From positions 61,607 through 125,606 of IMG/VR virus record IMGVR_UViG_3300045012_000181: DNA of 64,000 nt. One strand, 5' to 3'. This DNA is from a virus. A model generated the notes under the pieces. The model did not search any database, was not told the origin of the DNA, and saw only the letters and a program-made list of their open reading frames with translations. The translations under genes were made by a program, and so were the position numbers. Shown piece after piece: positions 1-7,221 of this stretch (position 1 is the first letter of the stretch; every line of letters begins with the position of its first letter).

Positions 1-180
1 GGCGGTTCGATGTGCGCCAACTGCGAATACCTACGGGCCAATAATGTCTGCGCCCAGAAACTCTTTGTGCAGTGGAACGGCTCTTCCAAGATTCCAGCGC
101 CCATCAAAAATTACTGCTGTGACTTTTGGGAAGTCAACCCACGAGTGTTGGATGTCAAGCTTGAGGATGTAGGCCTATGA
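1..180 (+). CDS. 5'-truncated Cys-rich protein (GGSMCANCEYL...YCCDFW...), partial
   Basis: Manual translation of frame 1 is open from base 1 to TGA at 178-180; CxxC and CC motifs. Confidence 0.6.
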   Translation, partial: GGSMCANCEYLRANNVCAQKLFVQWNGSSKIPAPIKNYCCDFWEVNPRVLDVKLEDVGL

Positions 181-281
181 AGAAACTCCGGCCCCTGAAT
201 TTGCAGGAATGGCACGACAAAATCACAAAAGTTTTGGCCCAAAAAGCCAAGCGCCGGCTCTTAAGCCGGACCCCGAAGTAA
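177..281 (+). CDS. 34-aa basic peptide MKKLRPLNLQEW...
   Basis: ATGA overlap with the upstream stop; below the ORF-track cutoff. Confidence 0.35.
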   Translation: MKKLRPLNLQEWHDKITKVLAQKAKRRLLSRTPK

Positions 282-339
282 CACTGTGGACGAAGTCCAC
301 TTACTCAATAATCGAATAATCGTTATCGAAAGGAATTTA

Positions 340-630
340 ATGTCCCATCAAGTAAATCTAGCTTGGACAGCCAGTACAGACCCCGTCACAGGCTATAACG
401 TTCTTCGAGGCACCACGGCTACCGGTCCATTTACCGTCGTGAATAGCACGCCCTTGGCCTCCACTGCAACGACCTACACCGACGTGGGGCCCTTTCCTAA
501 CTTGGGGCCTTTCTTCTATACGGCTCAGTCCCTGAATGGCTCTGAGACTTCGGTCGATAGCAACGTTACCGCTGCGGTGTTTCTTCCCCCCTTGCCACCG
601 ACGAATTTGCAAGTGGCTTCCGTTTCTTAA
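340..630 (+). CDS. Stand-alone fibronectin type III-like protein
   Basis: VNLAWTAS..GYNVLRG..GPF..YTD..FFYTAQS..GSETS pattern; AAGGAA upstream of ATG340 (ORF-track start at 286 is likely too early). Confidence 0.75.
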   Translation: MSHQVNLAWTASTDPVTGYNVLRGTTATGPFTVVNSTPLASTATTYTDVGPFPNLGPFFYTAQSLNGSETSVDSNVTAAVFLPPLPPTNLQVASVS

Positions 631-667
631 TAGCATGCTCAGTAGCTGGTGTTATTGTAGGTAAATC

Positions 668-694
668 GGGAGGGCCTCTAAATGGGGCCCTTCT
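668..694 (+). promoter_or_regulatory. GC-rich stem-loop (11 bp incl. G-U), no U-tail
   Basis: GGGAGGGCCTC-TAAAT-GGGGCCCTTCT. Confidence 0.4.
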
Positions 695-714
695 CATCTA
701 AAGCGTGAGGGCTT

Positions 715-909
715 ATGTCAAGAGAAGTTTATGATAATCCGTGTGATGCCGGAATGCATCGCTACTTTGTTATTACGGATGGCACAGTTGAGGGTCTGGA
801 GACCATTAAGGTTTATTCCGTTATCGCCTGTACTGTATGTGCTGATAGCAGGCTTTTGGAGCACATCATGGTCAAGGATGCGGACAAGTTAACACAAAAA
901 GGAAAATAA
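715..909 (+). CDS. Small hypothetical protein with CxxC
   Basis: GTGAGGG SD-like, compact fit between genes, CTVC motif. Confidence 0.55.
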   Translation: MSREVYDNPCDAGMHRYFVITDGTVEGLETIKVYSVIACTVCADSRLLEHIMVKDADKLTQKGK

Positions 910-915
910 AACTCC

Positions 916-1584
916 ATGAGTTCTCGTCAATCCACAGTTGCCACCAGCGTCAGCCAGAATGCCCTGCAGTATCAGGCGCCTAATGGCTTCGCCGTTGTTC
1001 AAAATGATATCGCTCTGTCTAACCAATCCGGAAATCCGGCTCTTAAAGGCATCGTTAGCGGTTTGGGTACTACGGCGGCCGCCACACAAACCCTACCCAT
1101 CCTTACTTCTTCGGGTGCCAATCATGGCCTCACTAGTTCGGGCACCACGGCCACTTGTACCTTGGGCTCGCCGCATGGCTATGCCATAGGCGCCGGCAGC
1201 ATCACGGCTACTGTAAGTGCCAGCAATGCGGCCTATAACGTAACGGGTGCCACCGTGGCCTTCATAAGCCCTTATGCCTTCACCTATACGACTTCCGGTT
1301 CAAATTTGGCCGTCTCGGATGGCGGCACGGTTGTCATCACCACCCCGGCTTGGAGCACCACGCAGAGCGCCAATCAGGGCTTTAGCCCCCTGCCCGCCGG
1401 TACGGCCGTGGGAACCACGGGCCAGCCCTTCTATGGGGGCATCACGGGTACGACCTTTAATAGTGCCACCACGGGCACGATTGAAACTTGGGGCGATGGT
1501 ACCTTCTGGGATCTGACCAACAACCGAGCCGTCAGTGTAAATGCCCTGGGTTTTGATCCGGCCTTCCAAGGGCACTCGGCCTAG
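916..1584 (+). CDS. Putative virion protein, WxDG-WD-NNR paralog 1, with an inserted beta-barrel (FCCH-like) module
   Basis: C-terminal IETWGDGTFWDLTNNR..FDP shared with three neighbours; TATCTLGSPHGY..AFTY module resembles the one in the 25393 tailspike. Confidence 0.7.
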   Translation: MSSRQSTVATSVSQNALQYQAPNGFAVVQNDIALSNQSGNPALKGIVSGLGTTAAATQTLPILTSSGANHGLTSSGTTATCTLGSPHGYAIGAGSITATVSASNAAYNVTGATVAFISPYAFTYTTSGSNLAVSDGGTVVITTPAWSTTQSANQGFSPLPAGTAVGTTGQPFYGGITGTTFNSATTGTIETWGDGTFWDLTNNRAVSVNALGFDPAFQGHSA

Positions 1585-1614
1585 TTCTAAGTCCAATAAA
1601 AAGGAAAATCAAAT

Positions 1615-1902
1615 ATGGCTTCGCGTCTTACAGCAGTTTCAACAAGTGTTAGTCAGAACGGCAACCAGTATGGTGCCGGTCAGGCCGGGGCTTCTCAGGT
1701 GGATATTTTCCTGAGCCCCGTGCCGGCGCTCAATTTGGGTTCGGCCCTTTCAAACGCCATCCTCGGAACAACCATTCGTGGTAATCTTGTCAGTACCATC
1801 GAGTGCTGGTCTGATGGCGTTGTCTGGGACGTTACAAACACCCGTGCGCTTATTCCCAATTTGGATTACGATCCCAGTTTGCGGATGCGTTCCGGACTTT
1901 AA
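1615..1902 (+). CDS. Putative virion protein, WxDG-WD-NNR paralog 2
   Basis: N-terminus TSVSQN shared with the 916 ORF; IECWSDGVVWDVTNTR..YDP. Confidence 0.75.
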   Translation: MASRLTAVSTSVSQNGNQYGAGQAGASQVDIFLSPVPALNLGSALSNAILGTTIRGNLVSTIECWSDGVVWDVTNTRALIPNLDYDPSLRMRSGL

Positions 1903-1928
1903 AAATCTAACAATCCTGTGAGGGGAAT

Positions 1929-2666
1929 ATGTCAGAAGAAAGTAAAGCACCAGAATTTATCGGTGAAAGCCTTGAAAGTCTTTCTCCAGTAAAGAATAAA
2001 GTTGGTCTAATACTGGGTTTGCCTTTGGGTCGACAGGTGGTTCGTAGGGAATGGGCGCATGCCATGATGACAATTGGCTGGCCGCTTAACATAACCATAA
2101 TGCATAGCGTGGTTACGGATATGGCCATCTCGGATGCCCGGAACCTAATCTGTAAACAGGCACAAGAGGTTGGCGCCAAGTTTATTTGGTTCGTTGATGA
2201 TGATACCGTTGTGCCCTCGGCCAGCATTCGAATGCTCATGTATCAGTTGGAACAGCATCCTGATGTATTGGCCATTGGCGGTATTTATTGTTGCAAGACC
2301 GAACCCACCCAGCCCATGGTCTTTGCGGACTTCGGTGCGGGTTCATACTGGGATTGGACCCTGGGCGAGACCTTCGAGTGCGCGGCCGTTGGAACGGGCT
2401 GCATGTTAATTCGTACGGAACATCTAGAAAAACTACCCCAGCCTTGGTTTAAAACCATCGATGTGGTAGTGCACGGTGACCACCCCGACAGGGCCATTCA
2501 ATGCACGGATGATGTGTATTTCTGTAAGCTGGCCAAACAGGCCGGCCTTAAAATTTTAGCACATGGCGGGGTTCTGTGCCATCACTGGGATATGGAGACC
2601 GGCAAGGTCTACAAACTTCCCGAGGATAGCCTGCCCTACCTAAATAAACAAAAAAAGGAAAAATAA
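1929..2666 (+). CDS. GT-A fold (GT2-like) glycosyltransferase
   Basis: ARNLI..FIWFVDDDTVVP (DxD), GTGCMLI, DDVYFC..A..G.KI.AHGGVLCHH. Confidence 0.85.
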   Translation: MSEESKAPEFIGESLESLSPVKNKVGLILGLPLGRQVVRREWAHAMMTIGWPLNITIMHSVVTDMAISDARNLICKQAQEVGAKFIWFVDDDTVVPSASIRMLMYQLEQHPDVLAIGGIYCCKTEPTQPMVFADFGAGSYWDWTLGETFECAAVGTGCMLIRTEHLEKLPQPWFKTIDVVVHGDHPDRAIQCTDDVYFCKLAKQAGLKILAHGGVLCHHWDMETGKVYKLPEDSLPYLNKQKKEK

Positions 2667-2669
2667 AGT

Positions 2670-3056
2670 ATGGCTATTACAGGACAGACTCTTACTATTC
2701 AGCCTGCTGGCGCGCCCTCATTGACGCCTGCTGGACAGATTGTTTACGGGCCCGGTGACGTACAGGAACCGGCTTTTGTAGCAACTTTTACTTTTATTGG
2801 AGATGGTACTATCACCACCGTGCCAGTCAACTGGATTGACGGCACGCAAACCCTGCCCTTTACCCCAAAGGCCGTTTTGGCCTTCGCAATTCCGGTACTT
2901 TCAGGAAGCGCATCCACCACAGGCGTGTTGCAGGCTGAAGGTTCTTATGCGGCTCCTCGTGTAACCGCCATTTCTAATACCAGTGCCAGCATCGTATATT
3001 CTACGGTTGTGGCCAACAACTCTTCGGCGAGCGTTCTTCTCGTAGTGTATCGTTAA
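2670..3056 (+). CDS. Putative virion structural protein (S/T/A-rich beta protein)
   Basis: Composition and context; FIGDGTITT motif resembles GDxVST in the 14704/15018 ORFs. Confidence 0.65.
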   Translation: MAITGQTLTIQPAGAPSLTPAGQIVYGPGDVQEPAFVATFTFIGDGTITTVPVNWIDGTQTLPFTPKAVLAFAIPVLSGSASTTGVLQAEGSYAAPRVTAISNTSASIVYSTVVANNSSASVLLVVYR

Positions 3057-3080
3057 AGTCTAGGCTAAAGGAGAAAAAAC

Positions 3081-3467
3081 TTGAGCCAAAACTTTAAAGA
3101 TGCGCAGCTTACTTATTTCAACCAAGATCTCCAGCTGCCTAGCAAGGTATATGGAATCTTTCTCACTACGGCCTCGTTGACCTACACCTCGATTGCCACG
3201 GGCGCCACTCAGACCCAAACAACGTCCCTCAGGGGTGTTCGAGCCGTTAGCGGTAGCGGTACACCGCCCAACATCGAACCCGGCGACTTTGTGATTGCCG
3301 TCCCAACAAGCACCTTGGGCACGGGTATCGCACAGGCCGGCTCCTATATCAGTGCGGCCAATACGCTCACTGTGGCCTTAACCGCGGCCGCTACGGCCAC
3401 GCCTGGCGCCATCACCTTCCAGATTTTCATCGTGAAGATGGGCCAGAACGACGCCATCAACAGTTAA
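3081..3467 (+). CDS. Putative capsid decoration-type protein
   Basis: AAGGAG SD with TTG start; PGDFVIAVP..AGSYISAANTLTV pattern. Confidence 0.65.
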   Translation: MSQNFKDAQLTYFNQDLQLPSKVYGIFLTTASLTYTSIATGATQTQTTSLRGVRAVSGSGTPPNIEPGDFVIAVPTSTLGTGIAQAGSYISAANTLTVALTAAATATPGAITFQIFIVKMGQNDAINS

Positions 3468-3468
3468 C

Positions 3469-3741
3469 ATGGGCAGCCGACAAAATCAGGACCCAAAAAC
3501 CAAAGGCACACAGTTCGCTGCGCCTTTGGATAATACTGGAGCCATGATTCAGCAAAATGTCTACTGCAATACCGTGGGGGCCGTTAATAGCGGCCTCCGC
3601 GCTTTGCAAGGCACCACCATCAAGGGCCTTGTTGTCGGTCCCATCGAGAAGTGGGCCGACGGTGCAATCTTCGACACTGCAAACAATCGCTATCTATATG
3701 CCGGAAGTGATTTCGACCCGGCTATTCTAAACAGGGCCTAA
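3469..3741 (+). CDS. Putative virion protein, WxDG-WD-NNR paralog 3
   Basis: GTTIKG..IEKWADGAIFDTANNRYLY..DFDP. Confidence 0.75.
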   Translation: MGSRQNQDPKTKGTQFAAPLDNTGAMIQQNVYCNTVGAVNSGLRALQGTTIKGLVVGPIEKWADGAIFDTANNRYLYAGSDFDPAILNRA

Positions 3742-3743
3742 CT

Positions 3744-3947
3744 ATGTCAAACCGCACAACGCCCACAGATGTCAATTTGACTTTCTATGCCACCAGTACA
3801 TTGCCCGCAGTGGCACCCGGAACCTTCTTGGTGGGAACTTCAGGACAATACCAGGTTTGGTCCGATAGAGCCGTCTGGGACACCACCAACAACGTTTATC
3901 TTTATCCCGGGGTGAATTTCAGCCCCTATGCGCTTTTTGGAGATTAG
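3744..3947 (+). CDS. Putative virion protein, WxDG-WD-NNR paralog 4 (minimal domain)
   Basis: QVWSDRAVWDTTNNVYLYPGVNFSP. Confidence 0.7.
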   Translation: MSNRTTPTDVNLTFYATSTLPAVAPGTFLVGTSGQYQVWSDRAVWDTTNNVYLYPGVNFSPYALFGD

Positions 3948-3955
3948 CAACGACC

Positions 3956-4165
3956 ATGGCACAAGAAATCATAGGTAAACCTACTTCCGGTACGCAAACC
4001 AACGATAACAACAAGGCTGTGCCTAAACCCTCAGCTGCGGACTCGGACAAAAATCAAGCCCTTCCAAAAACTGATATGCAAAACGCCTTCCCTAAGGGGC
4101 CTTTTGGTATTAATAGGCCTGACAAGTCTGGAATAGGGCGCAGTATTTTCGACAAGGAAAGTTAA
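3956..4165 (+). CDS. Hypothetical protein
   Basis: ORF tiles the operon. Confidence 0.55.
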   Translation: MAQEIIGKPTSGTQTNDNNKAVPKPSAADSDKNQALPKTDMQNAFPKGPFGINRPDKSGIGRSIFDKES

Positions 4166-4167
4166 AC

Positions 4168-4902
4168 ATGCCCAAAGAACTTGAAGACAAACTAAAAAAA
4201 CAAGCGGGCAAGCACGGCAATTGGACCGATGAGCACAAGGACGCATATGTATACGGCGCCATGCGCAAGACCGGTTGGAAACCCAAACGGGAACAGCACG
4301 GCTCACTGAACGATATCGTCTTTCATGAAGAGGCCGACGCCAAAATGGGCGATAGGCTCTGTGATGCCTACACACATCCTGTACACAAGGGCTATGAGGC
4401 CTTCACGCCCGGGGAACTAGACCCCCCGGCTATGGACGAGACCGGGGTCTTTACCAAGGGCTCCCAGAGTTGCAACCGAGATGCCGGACAGGGCGTACAC
4501 TTTGGCGCACCAATTGATTTCTTCGGCCCCGATACGGATTACCGGGCCGAAGAAATCGACCCCTCGCAATATGGGCGTTCCTATGAACCCACGCCTTTTC
4601 GCGACTACTTTAAAACAGACGATAAGATGGCCGAACGTTCCTATAGACTTAGGGAACAAGATAAGTATGATACCTCTCCCACACCGGGTGTGGTAACGGA
4701 TAAACAACCAATGTCTGAGGCCTATGGTGCAGTCAATTATCAGGGCGCAGGTCCAGATGGTTGCGACGGGCACAAAGCCGGCGATTGTGACTATCGCAGT
4801 TTTGACAACCAGATAAAATACCTTCGTGCAAACAAGGATGCTCCGGAGTATGACGCCGCCACTTCTGGACTGGACACCAAAATGGGCGAAGATATTGAGT
4901 AA
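4168..4902 (+). CDS. Hypothetical protein with a basic N-terminal domain and acidic, disordered remainder
   Basis: ORF tiles the operon; AAGGA upstream. Confidence 0.7.
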   Translation: MPKELEDKLKKQAGKHGNWTDEHKDAYVYGAMRKTGWKPKREQHGSLNDIVFHEEADAKMGDRLCDAYTHPVHKGYEAFTPGELDPPAMDETGVFTKGSQSCNRDAGQGVHFGAPIDFFGPDTDYRAEEIDPSQYGRSYEPTPFRDYFKTDDKMAERSYRLREQDKYDTSPTPGVVTDKQPMSEAYGAVNYQGAGPDGCDGHKAGDCDYRSFDNQIKYLRANKDAPEYDAATSGLDTKMGEDIE

Positions 4903-4904
4903 AA

Positions 4905-5055
4905 GTTCCCCTTAACGGGGTTCCCTCTAATGAGGGTATATAGAGGGCAATTTTCCGTCCGGCCAAGCCAAGACCCCCTCACCTTGGCGCCACTGAAGTG
5001 GTCAAACCGGCGGATATCCGGGCGCGGCACTCGGGGTACAAAAATGCCGCAAATT
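4905..5055 (+). ncRNA. Candidate structured intergenic RNA
   Basis: Six hairpins in ~150 nt and a possible loop-loop ACCCC/GGGGT pairing; strand assumed from flanking genes. Confidence 0.4.
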
Positions 5056-5068
5056 TTCGAGGTTAAAA

Positions 5069-5344
5069 ATGACCGCTAGTCTATCAGCACCCTATGCCTT
5101 GGTTGGAGAGAAGACGCCCAGCCAGCCGGCCCACCAAAAGAGTCTCCCACCTGGTCCACCGCATGCCTCTATACAGGTCCCTGTTGCTATAGAAACCAAG
5201 CCTGTGACCAAGGCTTCTGTATCCGTCGTAAAGGCCAAGCCCTTAGCTAGTGCGCCTTTGGTGGTGACCAATGTTCCGGCCCTTCCGGCTGAACCCGTGG
5301 TAATCAAGAGTAATCTGCCCGATGTTCCGACAGCGGGCAACTGA
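5069..5344 (+). CDS. Pro/Ala/Val-rich hypothetical protein
   Basis: GAGGT SD; TGATG overlap with the next gene. Confidence 0.55.
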   Translation: MTASLSAPYALVGEKTPSQPAHQKSLPPGPPHASIQVPVAIETKPVTKASVSVVKAKPLASAPLVVTNVPALPAEPVVIKSNLPDVPTAGN

Positions 5345-5745
5345 TGAATCCCACTCTTAAAGCCCAGCGGGATATCCTAGGCGAAATTGCCAGCGAGAAG
5401 GTCATGCTGGTTTGCGGCAAGCACAACTACACGGCTACTCGCAAGCGCGTCAACGGTACGGTTTGCGTTCCGCCCAATACTCGGGGTTGTAAAGAGTGCT
5501 GGAAGGTTTACTATTTTTCGGATTTGGCCCTAACACCGCCTAACAAACGCCAAGAGCGCCTAGACGAACTGGAAGAAGTAATCCACCATGCCGTGGAATA
5601 TGAAACCAAGGGACAGTTCGGTAAGGACTTTGACCTATTCGAGCCCGGTGATTCCCGGTTTGGCGTGGAAGTCGAGAAAGATGCGGCCGACGACCTCACG
5701 GGTGAGGATAAGGTCGCGAATAATAACGAGGAGAAATTGAACTAA
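5344..5745 (+). CDS. Hypothetical protein with putative Zn-binding motif
   Basis: CGKH...CKEC; coupled overlaps at both ends. Confidence 0.7.
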   Translation: MNPTLKAQRDILGEIASEKVMLVCGKHNYTATRKRVNGTVCVPPNTRGCKECWKVYYFSDLALTPPNKRQERLDELEEVIHHAVEYETKGQFGKDFDLFEPGDSRFGVEVEKDAADDLTGEDKVANNNEEKLN

Positions 5746-6062
5746 TGGCAAACCTAAACCCTGGCAACCGTGATGGGCTGCCTGTAGCCGAGAACCGGGC
5801 CCTTCTAGATATCGCAAATAAAGAGGGCTCATTTAACAACGAGAAGGACTTCCGTAATAAGTTGGAGGCCTTTCAGAACCGCTTTAGAGAAAGCAAGCCC
5901 TCCGTTGTGGATGTTAGTTCGGATGCCTCTAAGCTCTTTAGGGCTGACTTGGAGAGTATTCATGCCTTGGCCAGCCTTACGGTGGACCGTGAGGTTAGCC
6001 GTTTGTGTATGGCCATGCTCAGGTGCTTGCAGTATCTGGCACATCGTCAGAACATCGAGTAG
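5745..6062 (+). CDS. Hypothetical protein
   Basis: TAATG overlap, GAGGAG upstream. Confidence 0.65.
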   Translation: MANLNPGNRDGLPVAENRALLDIANKEGSFNNEKDFRNKLEAFQNRFRESKPSVVDVSSDASKLFRADLESIHALASLTVDREVSRLCMAMLRCLQYLAHRQNIE

Positions 6063-6065
6063 GCC

Positions 6066-6419
6066 ATGAGCACTATAGACCTCTTGCCAGATTGCCGTAC
6101 CCGTGAGCCCAAAGTGGACTGGAATATAAGCAGTCCTGGTTGGGAATGGGAATTCCTCTTCTGTGGCTCCTGTGGCCGCGATGGCGGAAGGGTCCTAAAG
6201 ACCTATTTGCCTAAGGAATTCGCCTACTACATTTGTGAAGACTGCCTTCAAAAGCATGGTCATGTTGTAGGCACCTGGGTCGAACCCGATGAGGTTTTCC
6301 GTCAGAAGGTTGTTCAGGCCATGCAAGAAGAGTACGGTCACACCCTGACCGAGTTGGAAATTCTGGATGAGTTGAAAGACCCCTCCAGCACCATTAGTAA
6401 ACTAGAAAAGGAAAAGTAA
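6066..6419 (+). CDS. Zn-finger hypothetical protein
   Basis: CGSC...CEDC. Confidence 0.7.
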   Translation: MSTIDLLPDCRTREPKVDWNISSPGWEWEFLFCGSCGRDGGRVLKTYLPKEFAYYICEDCLQKHGHVVGTWVEPDEVFRQKVVQAMQEEYGHTLTELEILDELKDPSSTISKLEKEK

Positions 6420-6423
6420 AAAT

Positions 6424-6912
6424 ATGCCAATGGTATACACTAGCTCACTTGCCACTCCTGGCGTGAGCACAACGTCTGGTACGGGTAACACCGAAACAGA
6501 CGCAATTTATCTGAAACCCGCTAGCGCTGTTCCGGCTCGTAACGTGGCCTTCCAAGCGGCCTACGTAATCGGACGTGCTAGCGCCCTCACCACGATTAGT
6601 GGTATCGTGTTTCGTATCATGCGGGCCACTACGGCCTCTACGGCGGGAACGGCCACTACACCTTCCCCTAAAGATGCGGGCATGCAGGCCGCTACCGCTG
6701 TGGCCTCCACAGGTGGGACGGCCTCTTCGACAGGTCGTACTAACCACGTCATTTTCGGTTGTGGTGCGGCCGGTCCAGGTGGATGGGTTGCGCCCAATCC
6801 TGATAGCGTCGTCATGGTTACCTCTGCGGCCACCCAGCCCTCCGTTGACCTATTGGCAGCTTCAGCGACGGCCTCATTGACCTATGAGTTCAGCGTCGAG
6901 CACGTCGAATAA
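6424..6912 (+). CDS. Putative virion structural protein (T/A/S-rich)
   Basis: Composition, C-terminal YEFSVEHVE, context. Confidence 0.7.
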   Translation: MPMVYTSSLATPGVSTTSGTGNTETDAIYLKPASAVPARNVAFQAAYVIGRASALTTISGIVFRIMRATTASTAGTATTPSPKDAGMQAATAVASTGGTASSTGRTNHVIFGCGAAGPGGWVAPNPDSVVMVTSAATQPSVDLLAASATASLTYEFSVEHVE

Positions 6913-6915
6913 TAA

Positions 6916-7221
6916 ATGGCGTATACGGTCCAACTCGTATACGCAGTGCCCGGGGCCTTTTTGCCCCGGCAGTACTTCTTGCAATTAACGTGGACGGACT
7001 CCGTTGACCCCAATGCGGCCAGTAATAATATATACCGCGCAACGGTCAGCGGAGGTCCGTACACCCTTATTGCCAATGTTCCTGACGGTATCCAGCTCTA
7101 TAACGACTATGCCGTGACCCCAGAGGTCACCTATTTCTATGTTCTTACCGAAGTTAACAATGTTGGTGCCGAGAGTGCGCAGAGTTCTGAACAATCTGGC
7201 ACACCAGGATGGATTCCATAA
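6916..7221 (+). CDS. Stand-alone fibronectin type III-like protein
   Basis: LTWTDS..NIYRATVSGGPYTLIA..YND..V..TYFYVLT.VN..G.ES..S. Confidence 0.8.
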   Translation: MAYTVQLVYAVPGAFLPRQYFLQLTWTDSVDPNAASNNIYRATVSGGPYTLIANVPDGIQLYNDYAVTPEVTYFYVLTEVNNVGAESAQSSEQSGTPGWIP

